A stretch of 57,926 bases of DNA, the filler included, from Ionaspis alba (taxonomy: Eukaryota): the NCBI GenBank assembly GCA_964255285.1. It is 5 parts of 5 records of this genome, joined end to end, with 100 filler letters (N's around TTAATTAATTAA, not from the genome) between each part and the next. Parts side by side here need not be neighbours in the genome. Positions count along the whole stretch, not along the records: positions 1 to 11,565 come from CAXUUL010000549.1; positions 11,666 to 23,204 come from CAXUUL010000550.1; 3 more parts are not named here. One strand, 5' to 3'. How positions within the stretch are numbered: position 1 is the stretch's first letter; each line of letters begins with the position of its first letter. The translations under genes were made by a program, and so were the position numbers. The notes beneath the pieces are model-generated. The model ran no database searches, was not told where the DNA came from, and saw only the letters and a list, made by a program, of their open reading frames with translations. This document shows, one piece after another, positions 1-12,278 of the stretch.

Positions 1-3000
1 CCCCTCTTCCCCAGCCCTGCCTCTCCTGCCCCTCCCATTCCAAGTCCTCCTCTCCCTAACCAGCGTCGTGGCTTCTCCAACAATGGGACCCTCACTCCTC
101 GACCTAAAAAGGCTCATCCGATTGCCTGCTCCATCCAAGCCTCTACTTCCAAATCTACTCACACGACTCTCCGGCCGCCCAGTGGAGGGATCTGGGGACC
201 GCGTTCGAGTCGAGACGCGAGACGCAATGCTGTAGATCGTATCTAGACGATGGGCTTGCGGACGTAGGAGATTCGGCGTTGAGGTGCTGAGGGAGGTGTT
301 GCTGCCAAAGGAATTGCTGCGGCTGCGGTTGCGACTGAGGGCGCGGGCAGGAGCGATGTTTTCGTTATTGCTGGTACTGCGGAAGGGAGAGCGGAAGCGG
401 GATGATGAGGAGGGTGCCTGGCTGGGGGACTGTTGCCGCATAGCTCCCATGGCGCCTTTGGGAGGGCCACGGGCAGGAAAGCGTTGGGCAAGGCCGACAT
501 AGGGTGGCTGGGGTATGCCAGCGGCTGGTACTGGAATGGGATTGCTCAAGCTGCGTTGCTGGAGCTGATTGAGTTGGTAGGCAGTGGGTGAACTGATCGG
601 CCCGGCGGATTGGGTTTGGGAATGGGGACCTGGCGGTGGGTTTGTCGCTAATTCGCTAAGATGGGGTCGGTGAGCGAAGTCTTGAATGGCTGTCGTGGGG
701 GATTCGGAGGTAGCTGGCGGCGGTGGGAGGGGGTAGGCAAGACGCTGCTGAAGGTTTGAGCCAGAGAGGGTGAGCTGGTGGTAGGATGTAGGGAACGTGC
801 TTGTGGTAGGACTCGAAGATGGCGAAACTGGCTGTGGTTGGTCGTTGTCCGGTGCTCCGTCAGGTTCTGGAAGTGGTGAAACTGGAGGAGCTTGTTGAGG
901 TAGAGAACTAATTCGATCCCGATTTGCTAACGGCCGGAACTCATAACTCGACATAGGTCGACGTCTTGATCCAGCGGGGCTCAATGCAATGGATGGAGTG
1001 CGCTCGCTGGGCGAAGAGCTATCCGTAAAAGCTCGAGAACTGATAGGACTGATAGCCTCCTGTCCCTGACCCGCCGAAGTGGTTGAAGGATGATTACTGT
1101 GCCGGGACCATGGTGGTATCTGCGGCACTGGTGGCACGTTCCCGATATCTGCAGAACTACGCCTACGCGCAGCATAGTCTTGGAAATAGCCTTCTCGAGT
1201 GGTATGCGAGCGTCTGGGATGCTTAGAAAATGCACCAGCTGACGGCGAAGGGCCCGTGAACCGGGCCATGACGGCCTGTCGAAGATGTTCTGGGAAAGGG
1301 CGATCTGCATCTCTGGTATATGGAGGAGGAGGGGGTACCCAGTTATCCGCATCACTCTCGTGTGGTAGCTCCGTTCCGTCGGTTCTTCGATACTCGACAC
1401 GGCCAGATGCAGGGATCCGTGGTTGCGGATTACGCAGCCGATTTGCCTCAACAGCCGTAGCGGAGCGGTAGAGGGTATTGCGAGACCGAGGATTGGTATG
1501 AGAGTATGGATCATCTAGTGCTTCAGCTACCTCTTCTAGCGTGGGACCTTCTTCATCGGAATCACGGTTTGCTTGTTGACTGGTGGCAGGTGTCTCGGTC
1601 GTAGTTGAGTCAAGTCCAAATCCTACCGCCTCCGTCTGAGGCAGAGGAGGCACCGCAGGAACGTCGTCATCGACACCAGGCACTGGTCGAAGTGCGTCGA
1701 CAACACTGGACCTGGGTATTCCATCCCTTCGCGACACTGTCCGGCGACGAACAATGGCGATCTCTGTTGCCATATCAATGTCTTCCTCTTCGAGCATTTC
1801 CGGCTCGATGTTTCCAACTTCAATCGTGATCTCGTTGGAGACACCATCTTTTGTGCTTCTATCAAAGTCGAGAACAACCAGGCGACCACCATCAACGGAT
1901 GCGAGGTCTTCCTCTTCAATCTCTGTGAAGCTAGAGACGCCTCCAGGGGCTGCAATGACCAAGCGCTCCTTGACAGAGCGAGGCGTTTCTTTGCTAACTC
2001 GAGAGTCTACCCATCGCATATTCATGGCCCTTGAGACTCTAGCAACTCTACGTCCCTTTGCGAAGACGTTTCGGTACTTGTCAACCAAGACCTGCCATTT
2101 GGGAAGTCCGTTAATTTCTGTATTCGCATCCTGTGAAGTCTGGTCAGACCGGTTTGTGGTTTGGCGTGATGCACTTGGTCCTGCACTAGACCCGTCTATA
2201 GCGTTATCCTCCATACTTGAACGACCAGGCACGTCGAGACCTTCAGGCACACCATAGAGCCAGATCTCGTTACCGAGGAAACCGGCAGCGACCAGCTCCC
2301 CTCCTCGTGTGACAGTTGGCAGTGTGCACGGGGTCAACCTCGTCTTCGATTTCCTTCGCTGCTTTGATTTCAGTGGCTTTGGACCCGTGAAATATGTCGT
2401 GCCATTTCTTAGGTCGTCTGTCCTCACAGCGCGGAAGCTTTCGAAATTTCGGTCGTAAGTCAGGGTCCAACTCGCATCTACTTCAGGCTGGCGTGGAAGA
2501 AGTGTTGCATGGCTGCAGTCTCGACTGCTATTCGGAAATAAGATCTGCGAAGTCCACATGTGGCTGATGAGATCGTTATGCGACATATCGTGATCCACAT
2601 CGGTAAAATAAGGTGCGGACACAATTACGGTGCTGGCATTCTTCGATGTCTGCGTGGTCCCGAGCAGCATTGTACCATCACTGGAAAAGGCCAGTGAGTC
2701 AACTCGATCACATTTGACTGCCCGCTGATCCATCTCGGTAGCATTTTCAGCCAATGAGTAGAACTCAACACCACCATCGTAAGCAGCGGCAAGAACCTCG
2801 CCTTTCGGAGATAGCGTGATAGTGTGAGGTGGGTTGTCCAGAGCCACAGAACGAATCCGCTTCAACTTGGAATCAGAAAGATCGTATATGTTGACTTTGT
2901 GATCAGTCGATAGTACTGCTAGCCTGCTCCCATCATCAAGTATAGCTGCAGAAAGGGATCGCCTGCGAACTTTGAGCTCTCTTCTGACAGAAACATCGGA

Positions 3001-3700
3001 CGAGGCGGTATCAATGACAAAGATTCGAGAAGAGCTTAGTGCAAGACACCATCTCCCAAGTGGTGAAAAACAAAACTCGAAGGCCTCGCCTCCCGGAAAC
3101 GCGGCAGACGAGCTTGTAGTAGTAGATATCAGGTTGATTATGGTCTGGTTAGGCCGTAAGAACACCTCGAATAGATTCCTCTTGACCTCCTGGGCAAATT
3201 GTCTCTTGAGCTTCGGTAGAGACTCTTTGGTAAAGGGACCTGGGATGACGCTGTTGCTGGCCGAGAACGAAGGACATCTAGACAGGTGGTACGCATATAG
3301 CTGAGGTGTCTGAGAAGCAAGGCGCCACGCACTATTGAGGAGGACGAGTGATGCGAATGTCTCGGGATCCGTTAGATAGAGTATCCTACCATAGCAGCCG
3401 CGTCAGTATCGTGAACTTGAATCTCAGAGACCAATCTCGGTTCCGTCATGCATTGATATTCGAATCCGTGAATGCTGGCACGTACTGTTCAATAACCTCC
3501 GCCGGCAGATCAGCTCTTAGCTGTGACTTCCCCTTTTGGGCACTCTCGACGACTACCTCTTGGCTTTGTGGCACCGAGCCCTCTCTTCGAGCTGCCTCTC
3601 CGCGCTCTTCGTCAATGATAGGGGACTCCGGAATCTTGAGGTCTCGCACTTCTGCTTCATCAATGTGCATGGAAATTGGCCAGCTACCGGGAGTTGCCAT
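1..3700 (-). CDS. F-box + WD40-like beta-propeller protein with long low-complexity C-terminal region (3' end runs off the window)
   Basis: ATG at 3700. Intron 3485-3386 (GTACGT...CTGAC...TAG) restores an F-box-like motif, LPAEVIEQ|ILYLTDPETFASLVLLNSAWR. WD-like beta repeats follow (FEFCFSPLGRWCLALSSSRIFVIDT; LAVLSTDHKVNIYDL). The main frame is absent from the ORF track, consistent with no stop before base 1. Confidence 0.8.
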
Positions 3701-4222
3701 GGCGTGTCAGACTCTCAGCTCGGAGAGAAAAGTGACCTGGCTCCTGTTATGAGTTCAACGTACAGAAGAGAAGTACCCATCACGAGATAACAGGCCGGGC
3801 TTGCGATCGCGCCCAAGGGTGGCTGAGGCTGTCGTTACATTTCCTCTGAGCACAGGGATTGAGAGCAAGTTTAGGCGAGGTATCTACCAATCTTGCTGTC
3901 TACTGTTTCATTACACGCCGCGAAACAATTGGCTGTTTCGATATACCAGCTTCAATTATGCCAGGAGATACAGAACCACCCTTCTTCGATGGCAGAATAT
4001 TTCTCGCACGGAATTTCGTGTTCCCCTAGCTCCTGGAGACACTCACCGCAGGTATATGCAGAACACTATCCTTCAATGTAACCGTGGAATCACTTGGCCA
4101 ACGTCCAAGACTATCATTAAGCCGTAAGAAAGACGATTGCCTTTCATAATAATATCGCTACACCAAAGAAAGCTAGCACTACCTCCAAGAACTAATAATA
4201 ACAACATTGCCGTCTCGTATCG

Positions 4223-7200
4223 TTAGTTCTTCATCAGCCGATTCCTCTTCCGTATTTCACTCCACCGACTCAACCCTCCCAGCTCCAGCAAACTCATCCG
4301 TCTTGTCGTCCCTGACGGATTTCCAATAACCACTGGCTTCCACTCATCCTCCGGCCCGCCTAACACATTCGTCCCAACCCTGGCACTGGGCACTACCTGC
4401 ACAACCTTAAAGCGTATGAGGACCGCGATCAGCAACACCGTCAGCACAAGCAGAACAGATGCCACGACCGCAGTAGCCGTCTGCGCACCCAGTCGTCTCT
4501 CCACTCTCCCACCAGTCCCTGTAGCTGCAGCAGCAATGAGGAACGCGAAAGTCTGGGTAATGGCGAAGGCAGCGGAAACGCGAGGGAAGCACGAGAAATT
4601 GGTGCGTTTGCTATGGAGACTCTCGGGTATGACTCTGCGAGGCCGGCCAGTCATTCCAGGCTGAAGGTCAGAGGTATCGTATGTCTCCATGATGATGCCA
4701 TTGCACTCGGCTATGGCAAGATTGGAGAGGAAGCCGATGATGCCAGCAAAGACAACGGGAACACCAACAGGAATCTGTGAACCACCTGATGCGAGCGTAT
4801 AGGCAAGACCGGCAAATGGGAGGATGATCATGAAGACCACACGCCTAACCAGGTGTGAGGTCCAGCTGACACGCTTCTCGAACGTCATGCTGTCCGTCCG
4901 GGGCGGGTGGTGACGGGCTCTCGAGAAAAGGGAAGCTTTCTGAAACGGAATGGCGAGGAGAGCGCCGAGAGGGATAGCAGCGACGCAGAGACCGACGTAC
5001 TGTGGCTGCAAACGGTAGTACTTAGATGTCAACGCACCAAGCAGGATGATGACCATGACGACCTGCCCATATATCCAAGCGAGGTAGAAGGAGAGAACCA
5101 CAAAGCCTGGCTGCATGATCATACGTAGGCAGAGGACGCTACCTGCCATAGCCTCTTCCCACCAATACTTTGGCCCAGTGGCGTAGAGATGCATCATGAC
5201 TTCACCTTTGGCGATGCGCCTTGAAACATCGGACCCCATATGCACTTCTGCCATACTTCTCCGGTAGGGGCTTCGTCTCACCTCAGGCGTGATCACATTT
5301 AAGAGTAGCACCGCTGCCGTCAGGATGATGGTGATCCAGAATCCCCAAATAACTTGCAACCCGCTGATAACCAGAGCGCCGATCGTGAAGCCCACCCCGA
5401 TGGACCCAATCGAGCACCACGTCCAGACACCCAACCAAACGCCCATTCCTCCACCATGTCGACGCACATCATACCCAATGACCATTTCACCATGCGGATT
5501 GCCACTCATCAACGACGCACCGAAGAGATCTAGTAGTGTTGTCTTGAAATTGATATTTGCGAAGCCCATGACAAATCCAGCCAGAGCCCGTGAGAGAAGT
5601 AGTACAACTCGGTAAGTAACCACATAAGGAGTCCTCGTCGTGCCCACCGCTATAGCCTGTGGAAACTGTAGAGGCAATAGCAGCGCCAGCGCAGCAAGCG
5701 TGTACGGCTTTCTGCCATGCAGTAATGGCAACGTCCAGAAGAACAGCGTAGGAATAGCCAAGCCAATAAAAAACACCACATTCCCAAGGATACTGTAGTG
5801 GTTTTCATCGACAATCGCATACTGAATAGCAGGTACCTCACCAGCATAGATACCAATAATCAGACCCATGAGTGCGGTGCTGGTGCATGCGATAGCAGCC
5901 ACGAATCTCTTCCTTGTAGTGTTCCAGTCTCGAGCAATGGGGGCTTTGCGATGGGATCGACTGAGACTGAAACCTTGAGCTCCACGCACACTGAAGTGTC
6001 GCTTGTTCTTCAAGTTATATTCTCTCGGATTAGGACTCAGATCTTGGTTTCTTTCCGAGGTATGGCCCATAGATGGAGGACTTCGGGTGGACGTGATAGT
6101 GTCCTGCTGTGGAAGCCTTCGAGGTCCCCTACCGGCATATTCGCGTTGCCCCTCCGTCACCGCCCTTCGTGTTAGGTTTCGCTGACGAAGTCCTTCGTCC
6201 TGGAAGTCAGCGATGTAGGCCTCGCCAAGTGAATCATCAGAAGAATTGGGGCAATCGAGATGGTAATGGTATAAGGATTCTTCAGAAAACGATCTCCGTC
6301 GCAATTTCATGGAGCTTTCGCGAGGCTGGATCGGTGGTTGGTTGTGGATATGGATGAACTCATACACTTCCTCTTTTGTTGGAATCTCCGTCGATGTCCG
6401 CCGCTCTTTACGCTGCAGATGAATCTGAGATTCCTTGGCCGATAGTAGTGACGAGATTGGCCGTCGGGGTAAAGGCTGGGCGATTGCCTCAGGATACCGC
6501 TTGGTACGATGGGCAGTTGCCCAATCTCTGGAACTGATATGGTGCATAGGCTCTTTGAGTATGGTTATTGGTAACGGAGACTTCGATGGGCTCTCTGGTT
6601 TCCGTATAGAATCTCCCCGCGTGTCTTTGAGATCCTCTGTCGAATGCAAGTAACCCATGTCTGGCGTTTGCGGAATCATACCACGCTCAACCATGAGCTG
6701 CTGCACATGCTCGGAGGCAGGGCTGTATGCTCCCGGCTTTTTCGGAGCTTTGTATCCATTCCGGGTAAGAGAGCTCGAAGAGCGTGCCAGCGGTGCTTGT
6801 ACCTTTGGGTGCTGTGAGGACTCACTTATCGAACTCTGAGGTTCCACTGCCGTAGAAGAACACTGATCTGATCCTCCGACCCCAGTGAAGCTGATATTGC
6901 CAGATACTTCAGTGCGTGGGACTGCATGAATATTAGATTCAGTTCCACGCTCAAACAACAACTTCGGCTCGATTTGGGAGGTGGAATGTTGGTGACGAGA
7001 GTCATTCGTAGTGCTCGTAGCCTCAGTAGGACTTTGCACATAGACCTCTAGAGCTCTGGCGTGTTCTTTCTTATCAGCAGCGTGTTGAGCGATGATCAAA
7101 GCCTCCTTGAGCAGTGATTCCAGCTCCACGATGACCTTTCCAAATGACTCGCTTTGGGTAGGATGGACAGGTGGTGGAGACATTGAGTAGCTACTCTCCG

Positions 7201-8749
7201 AGGGGTGGACGCGATGCAATTGAGTCCCATCAACGGAAGTGTCGAGCTCTTGAAACATTGGTGAAGTCTTCGCTCGGGGCCTGCCTCCAGCATCACCAGC
7301 AGGATACTTCTGAGAATATCCTGGTCTCGCAGTCAAAGTCGGAGACTCTTGCATCATTGCAGCGATGGACCTCTTGCCGAGTAATTGTCTCATCCAATGT
7401 TGTCTCTGGTCTGGGCTCTTCGCACGAGAAAGAGGCACAATCGGGTTTGGAGTTTGGTAGGAATGCTTGTTGTAAAGTCGTGGTTGATTAACCAGTCTGG
7501 CCAGATCGGTCGTCTCATTCGTGTCGTTGGTCGATGGCAAAGAGGGAGAGTCTTGCAGACGGACAGCCTCGCTTTCGAAGTCATGAGGGCCTGGTTTCGT
7601 GGTAGGACGCGTTACAGGAAGCCCTATATTCGGCCTTAGAGACTTTTCTAGTAAGTCCGAAAGTGCTTTACTAAGACTTGATGGCTTGTGGTCCTCAACC
7701 GGTCGACCATCCGCCTCTGAATGTGATGCAGAATGGTTCTCTTGGTCCTGAGAATCATGGATAAATTCAAGAGGCGACGGCGAACCAATGGAGGGTTGCC
7801 TAGATGCACTCCTGGCTTTGAGACGAATGGAGGATTGTCTACTATATGCAGAAGGCGAAGAGTTCCCCACGTTCGATGCCACAATATCTGTAGAGGCGTT
7901 CGGTGAAAGAGCTCGGTATTGAGCCTGCAAGTGATCTATCATGTCCTGGGTCAAAGGAGGCAGCTTGGATAATAGCTCTGCTACCTGATCGCTTGCGAGG
8001 CCCAAAACGCCTTGGTGATGGCCGGTCGGTACCTCTAGATTGACTGAGCTTATATCGTGGTTGGCACGATCGTTCCCAGAAACCTGTGTAAGTACAGGCT
8101 CAATGGGTAAGGCAGGAGCAAGCGATTCAGCGGACCGCTTGAATAGTGGATGCCGAGCATTTCTGTTTGAGGAATTAGACCTCAACGTCGAATGCGATGA
8201 CTGCTCTCGGATTGGAGGCAGAGGAAGATTCGAGTAGCTCAAATACGTTCCTTGAGGACTTGGTGTTACAGCAGAGTGAACAGCTTCCATGAGATTGCTG
8301 GGCTGCTCCGAGTAGATCACGCCCTCGGCAGGGTCAACATATGGAAGCTCATCATTTACAGCATGGTCGTTATCGAAACATTGGACAGGCGTCACCGGGT
8401 CATAGTCAGTAGCGGCGCTAGCCTCGGTTTGATAGCTTCCTGGTATGTGTGGTGTCTTCAAGTCGGCTCTATCCTCAGGAGGTCGAGGGCTCGTAGGGGT
8501 AACAGTTCGAAGTACAAATCGAGGTGGGCGTGCACCAGGTACTTGCTTAACAGGACTTTGCGAATTTCTCGGTTTGCTGGCCACCGCCTTCAATGCTGCT
8601 GCTGCTGAGCCAACGTGCTCGCTGTCTGAGCTGTAGCTGATTTTCTTAGGTCCAGGTTCAGAAATCGTTGACAGCATGCCACGGTCCACACTTGAGCTAC
8701 GTTGAGGATACATGACTGGCCGGCTTGGGCGTCTGCCTTGGGCTTCCAT
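4223..8749 (-). CDS. Major facilitator superfamily transporter (DHA1/polyamine-transporter-like) with ~950-aa disordered N-terminus
   Basis: Single 1508-aa ORF. The C-terminal ~550 aa has about 12 hydrophobic segments, a motif-A-like LPLLHGRKPY and the DHA1-type 'DWNTTRKRF' lead-in. The N-terminus is S/P/R-rich. Confidence 0.85.
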   Translation of the reverse strand: MEAQGRRPSRPVMYPQRSSSVDRGMLSTISEPGPKKISYSSDSEHVGSAAAALKAVASKPRNSQSPVKQVPGARPPRFVLRTVTPTSPRPPEDRADLKTPHIPGSYQTEASAATDYDPVTPVQCFDNDHAVNDELPYVDPAEGVIYSEQPSNLMEAVHSAVTPSPQGTYLSYSNLPLPPIREQSSHSTLRSNSSNRNARHPLFKRSAESLAPALPIEPVLTQVSGNDRANHDISSVNLEVPTGHHQGVLGLASDQVAELLSKLPPLTQDMIDHLQAQYRALSPNASTDIVASNVGNSSPSAYSRQSSIRLKARSASRQPSIGSPSPLEFIHDSQDQENHSASHSEADGRPVEDHKPSSLSKALSDLLEKSLRPNIGLPVTRPTTKPGPHDFESEAVRLQDSPSLPSTNDTNETTDLARLVNQPRLYNKHSYQTPNPIVPLSRAKSPDQRQHWMRQLLGKRSIAAMMQESPTLTARPGYSQKYPAGDAGGRPRAKTSPMFQELDTSVDGTQLHRVHPSESSYSMSPPPVHPTQSESFGKVIVELESLLKEALIIAQHAADKKEHARALEVYVQSPTEATSTTNDSRHQHSTSQIEPKLLFERGTESNIHAVPRTEVSGNISFTGVGGSDQCSSTAVEPQSSISESSQHPKVQAPLARSSSSLTRNGYKAPKKPGAYSPASEHVQQLMVERGMIPQTPDMGYLHSTEDLKDTRGDSIRKPESPSKSPLPITILKEPMHHISSRDWATAHRTKRYPEAIAQPLPRRPISSLLSAKESQIHLQRKERRTSTEIPTKEEVYEFIHIHNQPPIQPRESSMKLRRRSFSEESLYHYHLDCPNSSDDSLGEAYIADFQDEGLRQRNLTRRAVTEGQREYAGRGPRRLPQQDTITSTRSPPSMGHTSERNQDLSPNPREYNLKNKRHFSVRGAQGFSLSRSHRKAPIARDWNTTRKRFVAAIACTSTALMGLIIGIYAGEVPAIQYAIVDENHYSILGNVVFFIGLAIPTLFFWTLPLLHGRKPYTLAALALLLPLQFPQAIAVGTTRTPYVVTYRVVLLLSRALAGFVMGFANINFKTTLLDLFGASLMSGNPHGEMVIGYDVRRHGGGMGVWLGVWTWCSIGSIGVGFTIGALVISGLQVIWGFWITIILTAAVLLLNVITPEVRRSPYRRSMAEVHMGSDVSRRIAKGEVMMHLYATGPKYWWEEAMAGSVLCLRMIMQPGFVVLSFYLAWIYGQVVMVIILLGALTSKYYRLQPQYVGLCVAAIPLGALLAIPFQKASLFSRARHHPPRTDSMTFEKRVSWTSHLVRRVVFMIILPFAGLAYTLASGGSQIPVGVPVVFAGIIGFLSNLAIAECNGIIMETYDTSDLQPGMTGRPRRVIPESLHSKRTNFSCFPRVSAAFAITQTFAFLIAAAATGTGGRVERRLGAQTATAVVASVLLVLTVLLIAVLIRFKVVQVVPSARVGTNVLGGPEDEWKPVVIGNPSGTTRRMSLLELGGLSRWSEIRKRNRLMKN

Positions 8750-9060
8750 GGTACTATCCTGGGATTTCCCTGTGAAGTTCGAGAGTTATTCAGTGATCCT
8801 GTTTTACATATGGGTTTCTAAAGAGCTAGCAGTAAATACGCACCCTTTAACAGACGTCTTGAGGGTCGAGTGTCGCGAAAGAAGTCCTCTATGCTTACCG
8901 AGTTTGCACCAAACGGCAAAGAGTTAAAGTCCGGGGATGGGTAAGGTGTTATAGGAGGGCGGTTGTCGTTACGTGATAAGAGTAAGGAGCGAATACGGGT
9001 TCGTAGATCTAGATCCGTCTTCGAAGGCGTGGAATAACCAAGTCCAGAGCTTTGGTCCCG

Positions 9061-9160
9061 NNNNNNNNNNNNNNNNNNNNNNNNNNNNNNNNNNNNNNNN
9101 NNNNNNNNNNNNNNNNNNNNNNNNNNNNNNNNNNNNNNNNNNNNNNNNNNNNNNNNNNNN
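9061..9160. other. Within-scaffold assembly gap (100 N)
   Basis: Plain 100-N run; GGTCCCG occurs immediately on both sides. Confidence 0.95.
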
Positions 9161-9707
9161 GGTCCCGCAAATGATCAGATAATTGTTCGGGCCTGCGAGC
9201 AACCTCTTCCATATGCAGGACAGACGGTAAAGGCTAGTGAGTGGAAATGAGCATGGAGAATATCAGGTTTAGAGAATGATAGCGGAGTGGAGTGATGGAG
9301 AATGATACGTGCGGTAGACAACGGAGACAGTGGTGAAGCGTTCGCTAAGTGGCGAGGGTAAATGAAGGAGAAAACAATTGAGAAGGAACTATCGAAAGAG
9401 ACGCAAAGCGCAAGAACGGTTAACCATAAGAATAGCTAGGAAAGAAGATCAATGACCAATTCGTATGATAGCATCCCAAAGACTTCAACATGGTTACCTC
9501 GTCATAGGCGTGCGCCCAATACTATCAAGAAAAATCCATTTAGCTGGACTTCACTTTGAGGCTGCTTTGTTGACTGGGTATTTGAATACTCATCAAAACT
9601 TGCATCATTATTTGAAAGGGTTTGTAAGATTGAGAAGGGATTCCGGCCCTGTGAGTCGCAGTTTAGCGACCGATACCTATCTTACCACCATATCATATTT
9701 CGGACTT

Positions 9708-11416
9708 TCACACACGACCCTCTTGTTCTTTACTAGCTCTTTCATCAGCACCATGGTTCCACCTCTTCCCCACCTCCCTCCTTCTCGTTATCAGCCCACC
9801 CGTCCATATCACTGCCGGTATGGCACTGACTGCACTCAGAAGCCCCAAACTCCATGCCATAGTCCCCCATCCCGCCTGCGCGCTAATAAATCCAGCCCAA
9901 AGAGGTCCAATTAGCGTCCCTCCCGCGAAACTTGTGTTGAATAAAGCATAAGCCTGTGCATACGCTCCCTTCTCACCAAATATCCCTGGCCGCTTCTCCT
10001 CTTTCGCCGCAACCAAATAAGTAATCTCAGCGAGTAAAGGCGTCATGGCCATCGTGAGCGAGACACCCAGCATCACGAGCAAGGCGCAGAGTAGCACAAT
10101 CTGCCTGATGCCTCCGTGGTCAACAAAGCGCAGGAGAATGAATAAAGGCCAAGTGAGGAAGAAGCCAAAGGTTGTGAGCCAACGCGGGCCATACTTGTCG
10201 GAGAGAGTGCCGATTAGTGGGGCCATGAAGCTGGGAATGACCAGCGCGAGAAAGATGAGGCCGGCGCCTGTGGAATCAAAGCCAAAGAGAGCTTGGACGC
10301 GAAGAGGAAGGACGGCATCGAAGGCTGTAAGGAGAGATGCTTGTACTAGACAGCCCCAGAGAGCGGCGAGGAGGCGGCGAGATCCTAAAAGGGAGAGAAT
10401 TGGTGGGAGACGGGAACGCTCCACTGGCGGCTTTTCCGAATTTGCCATAGTCGTTGAGGAACGCGTTTCCGTTGGAGTAGCTCTATTTGAAGAGGCAGTA
10501 GGTGGTGACGATGTTGAGGAAGAGGTTCCTGTAGTAGCTTCCGGCATCCATTTCAGTGCAACTTTCTTCTCCACCAACGCGATACGCAGCAGTATATCAA
10601 AGAAGATCAAGCCGAATGCTAGATAGTATACCGCATAATATCCAGTTCTTGCATATACCACCCCACCGAGCAGCGGTCCGACTAATACCGCAAGGCTCAT
10701 AGCCAGTGACACATATCCCATGACTTGACCAATCTCTTGCTGTCCCACGGTATCAACCAGAAGAGCTAGACCGACCGTCCACACCACTGCTGCTGAGAAG
10801 CCCTGCAAAAGTCGGCCTGCGACCAGCATGCCGATGCTGTTTCCTACGCAAAGCATGACTGTTGCGCCACCTAAGGCGAGGAGCCCGACCAGGAGTGGAA
10901 GACGACGATTGGGGGACTTGTCCGCTAGCCAGCCGCATAATGCTGTATAGATTATTAGAGCCCTCACTTGTAAGACGATTGGAGAAGCGTACGTGATGCG
11001 CCGAGTAGAGCAGCTCCATAGACGGCAAGGAGGACTGAAACCCAGTGTTGGACTAACAAGACGCTTAATCTCAGAATTTGGTTAACTCCAGTGAATCGCA
11101 AAGCCTGACATACTATCTTCCTCGCGGACGCCAGCTCGTTCCGAAAGCGCAAAGGGTATTACAGGTACAATCTGGACATGGTGAGCTCCCTGTGCCCACT
11201 CGAGGAAGGCGCTGAAGAAATATACGAGGCCATATAGGAAGATGTCCTACGATACAGATCAGCCATACGCATGCACATTACGACCCGGTCAATACACACA
11301 GTAAACACCACAATGCAAATTGTCGCAAGAATGAACCATCTTGCGGATCTATATTTCAAGAGAAATGGTGGCTTCGCTGCATCGTAAGTCCACCATGCGA
11401 GGACATGATCGGCCAT
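9708..11416 (-). CDS. MFS transporter (vesicular amine transporter/DHA1-like), 5 exons
   Basis: Exons 11416-11300, 11246-11226, 11171-11114, 11052-10993 and 10942-9708 join to give ...IVVFT|DIFLYGL|IVPVIPF...; MFS motif A (GWLADKSPNRR, GTLSDKYGPRW) and GRLLQG; all introns GT-AG. Confidence 0.88.
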
Positions 11417-11565
11417 GGAAGCGGCGCGCTCAGAAGTCTATGAAAGAAATCGAAGGAGAACCAAAAAACCCCGTATATCTATTAGGAATGTACACAAAAA
11501 GGAATCCATTGCTGGAGACGGCACACTCTCCGCGCTCACAAATCAACGGGGAGTATGAGATGACG

Positions 11566-11665
11566 NNNNNNNNNNNNNNNNNNNNNNNNNNNNNNNNNNN
11601 NNNNNNNNNTTAATTAATTAANNNNNNNNNNNNNNNNNNNNNNNNNNNNNNNNNNNNNNNNNNNN
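11566..11665. other. Artificial scaffold-joining spacer (44N-TTAATTAATTAA-44N)
   Basis: 12-mer with stops in all six frames at 11610-11621, centred in Ns; identical to three other spacers. Confidence 0.95.
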
Positions 11666-12278
11666 GGGTGAGGTGGGGTGGGGAACGTTATTGAGGGGAA
11701 GTGTTGAGTTGGTGGGTGGTGGGTGTGCCTGCACTTTTTCTATTTTTTCTGCTTCGTGTGTGCTTTTTCTTTGCTTGCTATTGTGTGGATACACGGTGGA
11801 GGTGCTAGTGTAAGTGCTGATGAGCATGATCTGTCTATTGTATTTGTGAGGACTAGTGTACTGTAGAGTGGCTAGATGACTACGGGATGCGGTAGTGCTG
11901 GGACTGGGACGGCGCTGGCGCAGGGAAGGGATTGTAGATGAGGTTTGGTGGGTATATACATTGCTGGAATCAGCGTAATAAAGCATATTACAGATATGAA
12001 CCTTTGAGCGATCTGTGCGTGACTGCATTTCATCATGATAACCTCCTATTAAACATTTTCCGAAGTACAGACCCAGACTAATAATGATACGATTCCTTAA
12101 GTCATTAGGCTATCCATAGAGTGTGCAAGAATCCAGTCTTGCATTGTACACACCGCGACATGCGCATGCATTGATGACGCCCACGCCATCTATGCCGTAG
12201 CAAAGTGTCCCTAACTCTATCCCATAATCCCATCATTACCGCCAAAACCAGCATATCACCACTCAGACAAAACATTAC

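Noticed and set aside
981..3304. Many short ORFs in the track here, and opposite MFS, MLH1, PGK, IleRS and MIC60
   Set aside because: Antisense or off-frame shadows of real coding sequence, with no independent motifs.
9054..9167. GGTCCCG on both sides of the gap as a target-site duplication
   Set aside because: More simply a contig-end overlap at an assembly gap; no element sequence is visible.
11666..11896. Possible 3' fragment of a plus-strand gene (GEVGWGTLLRGSVELV...EWLDDYGMR*)
   Set aside because: Splice sites are ambiguous, the fragment is short and I cannot match it to a family.
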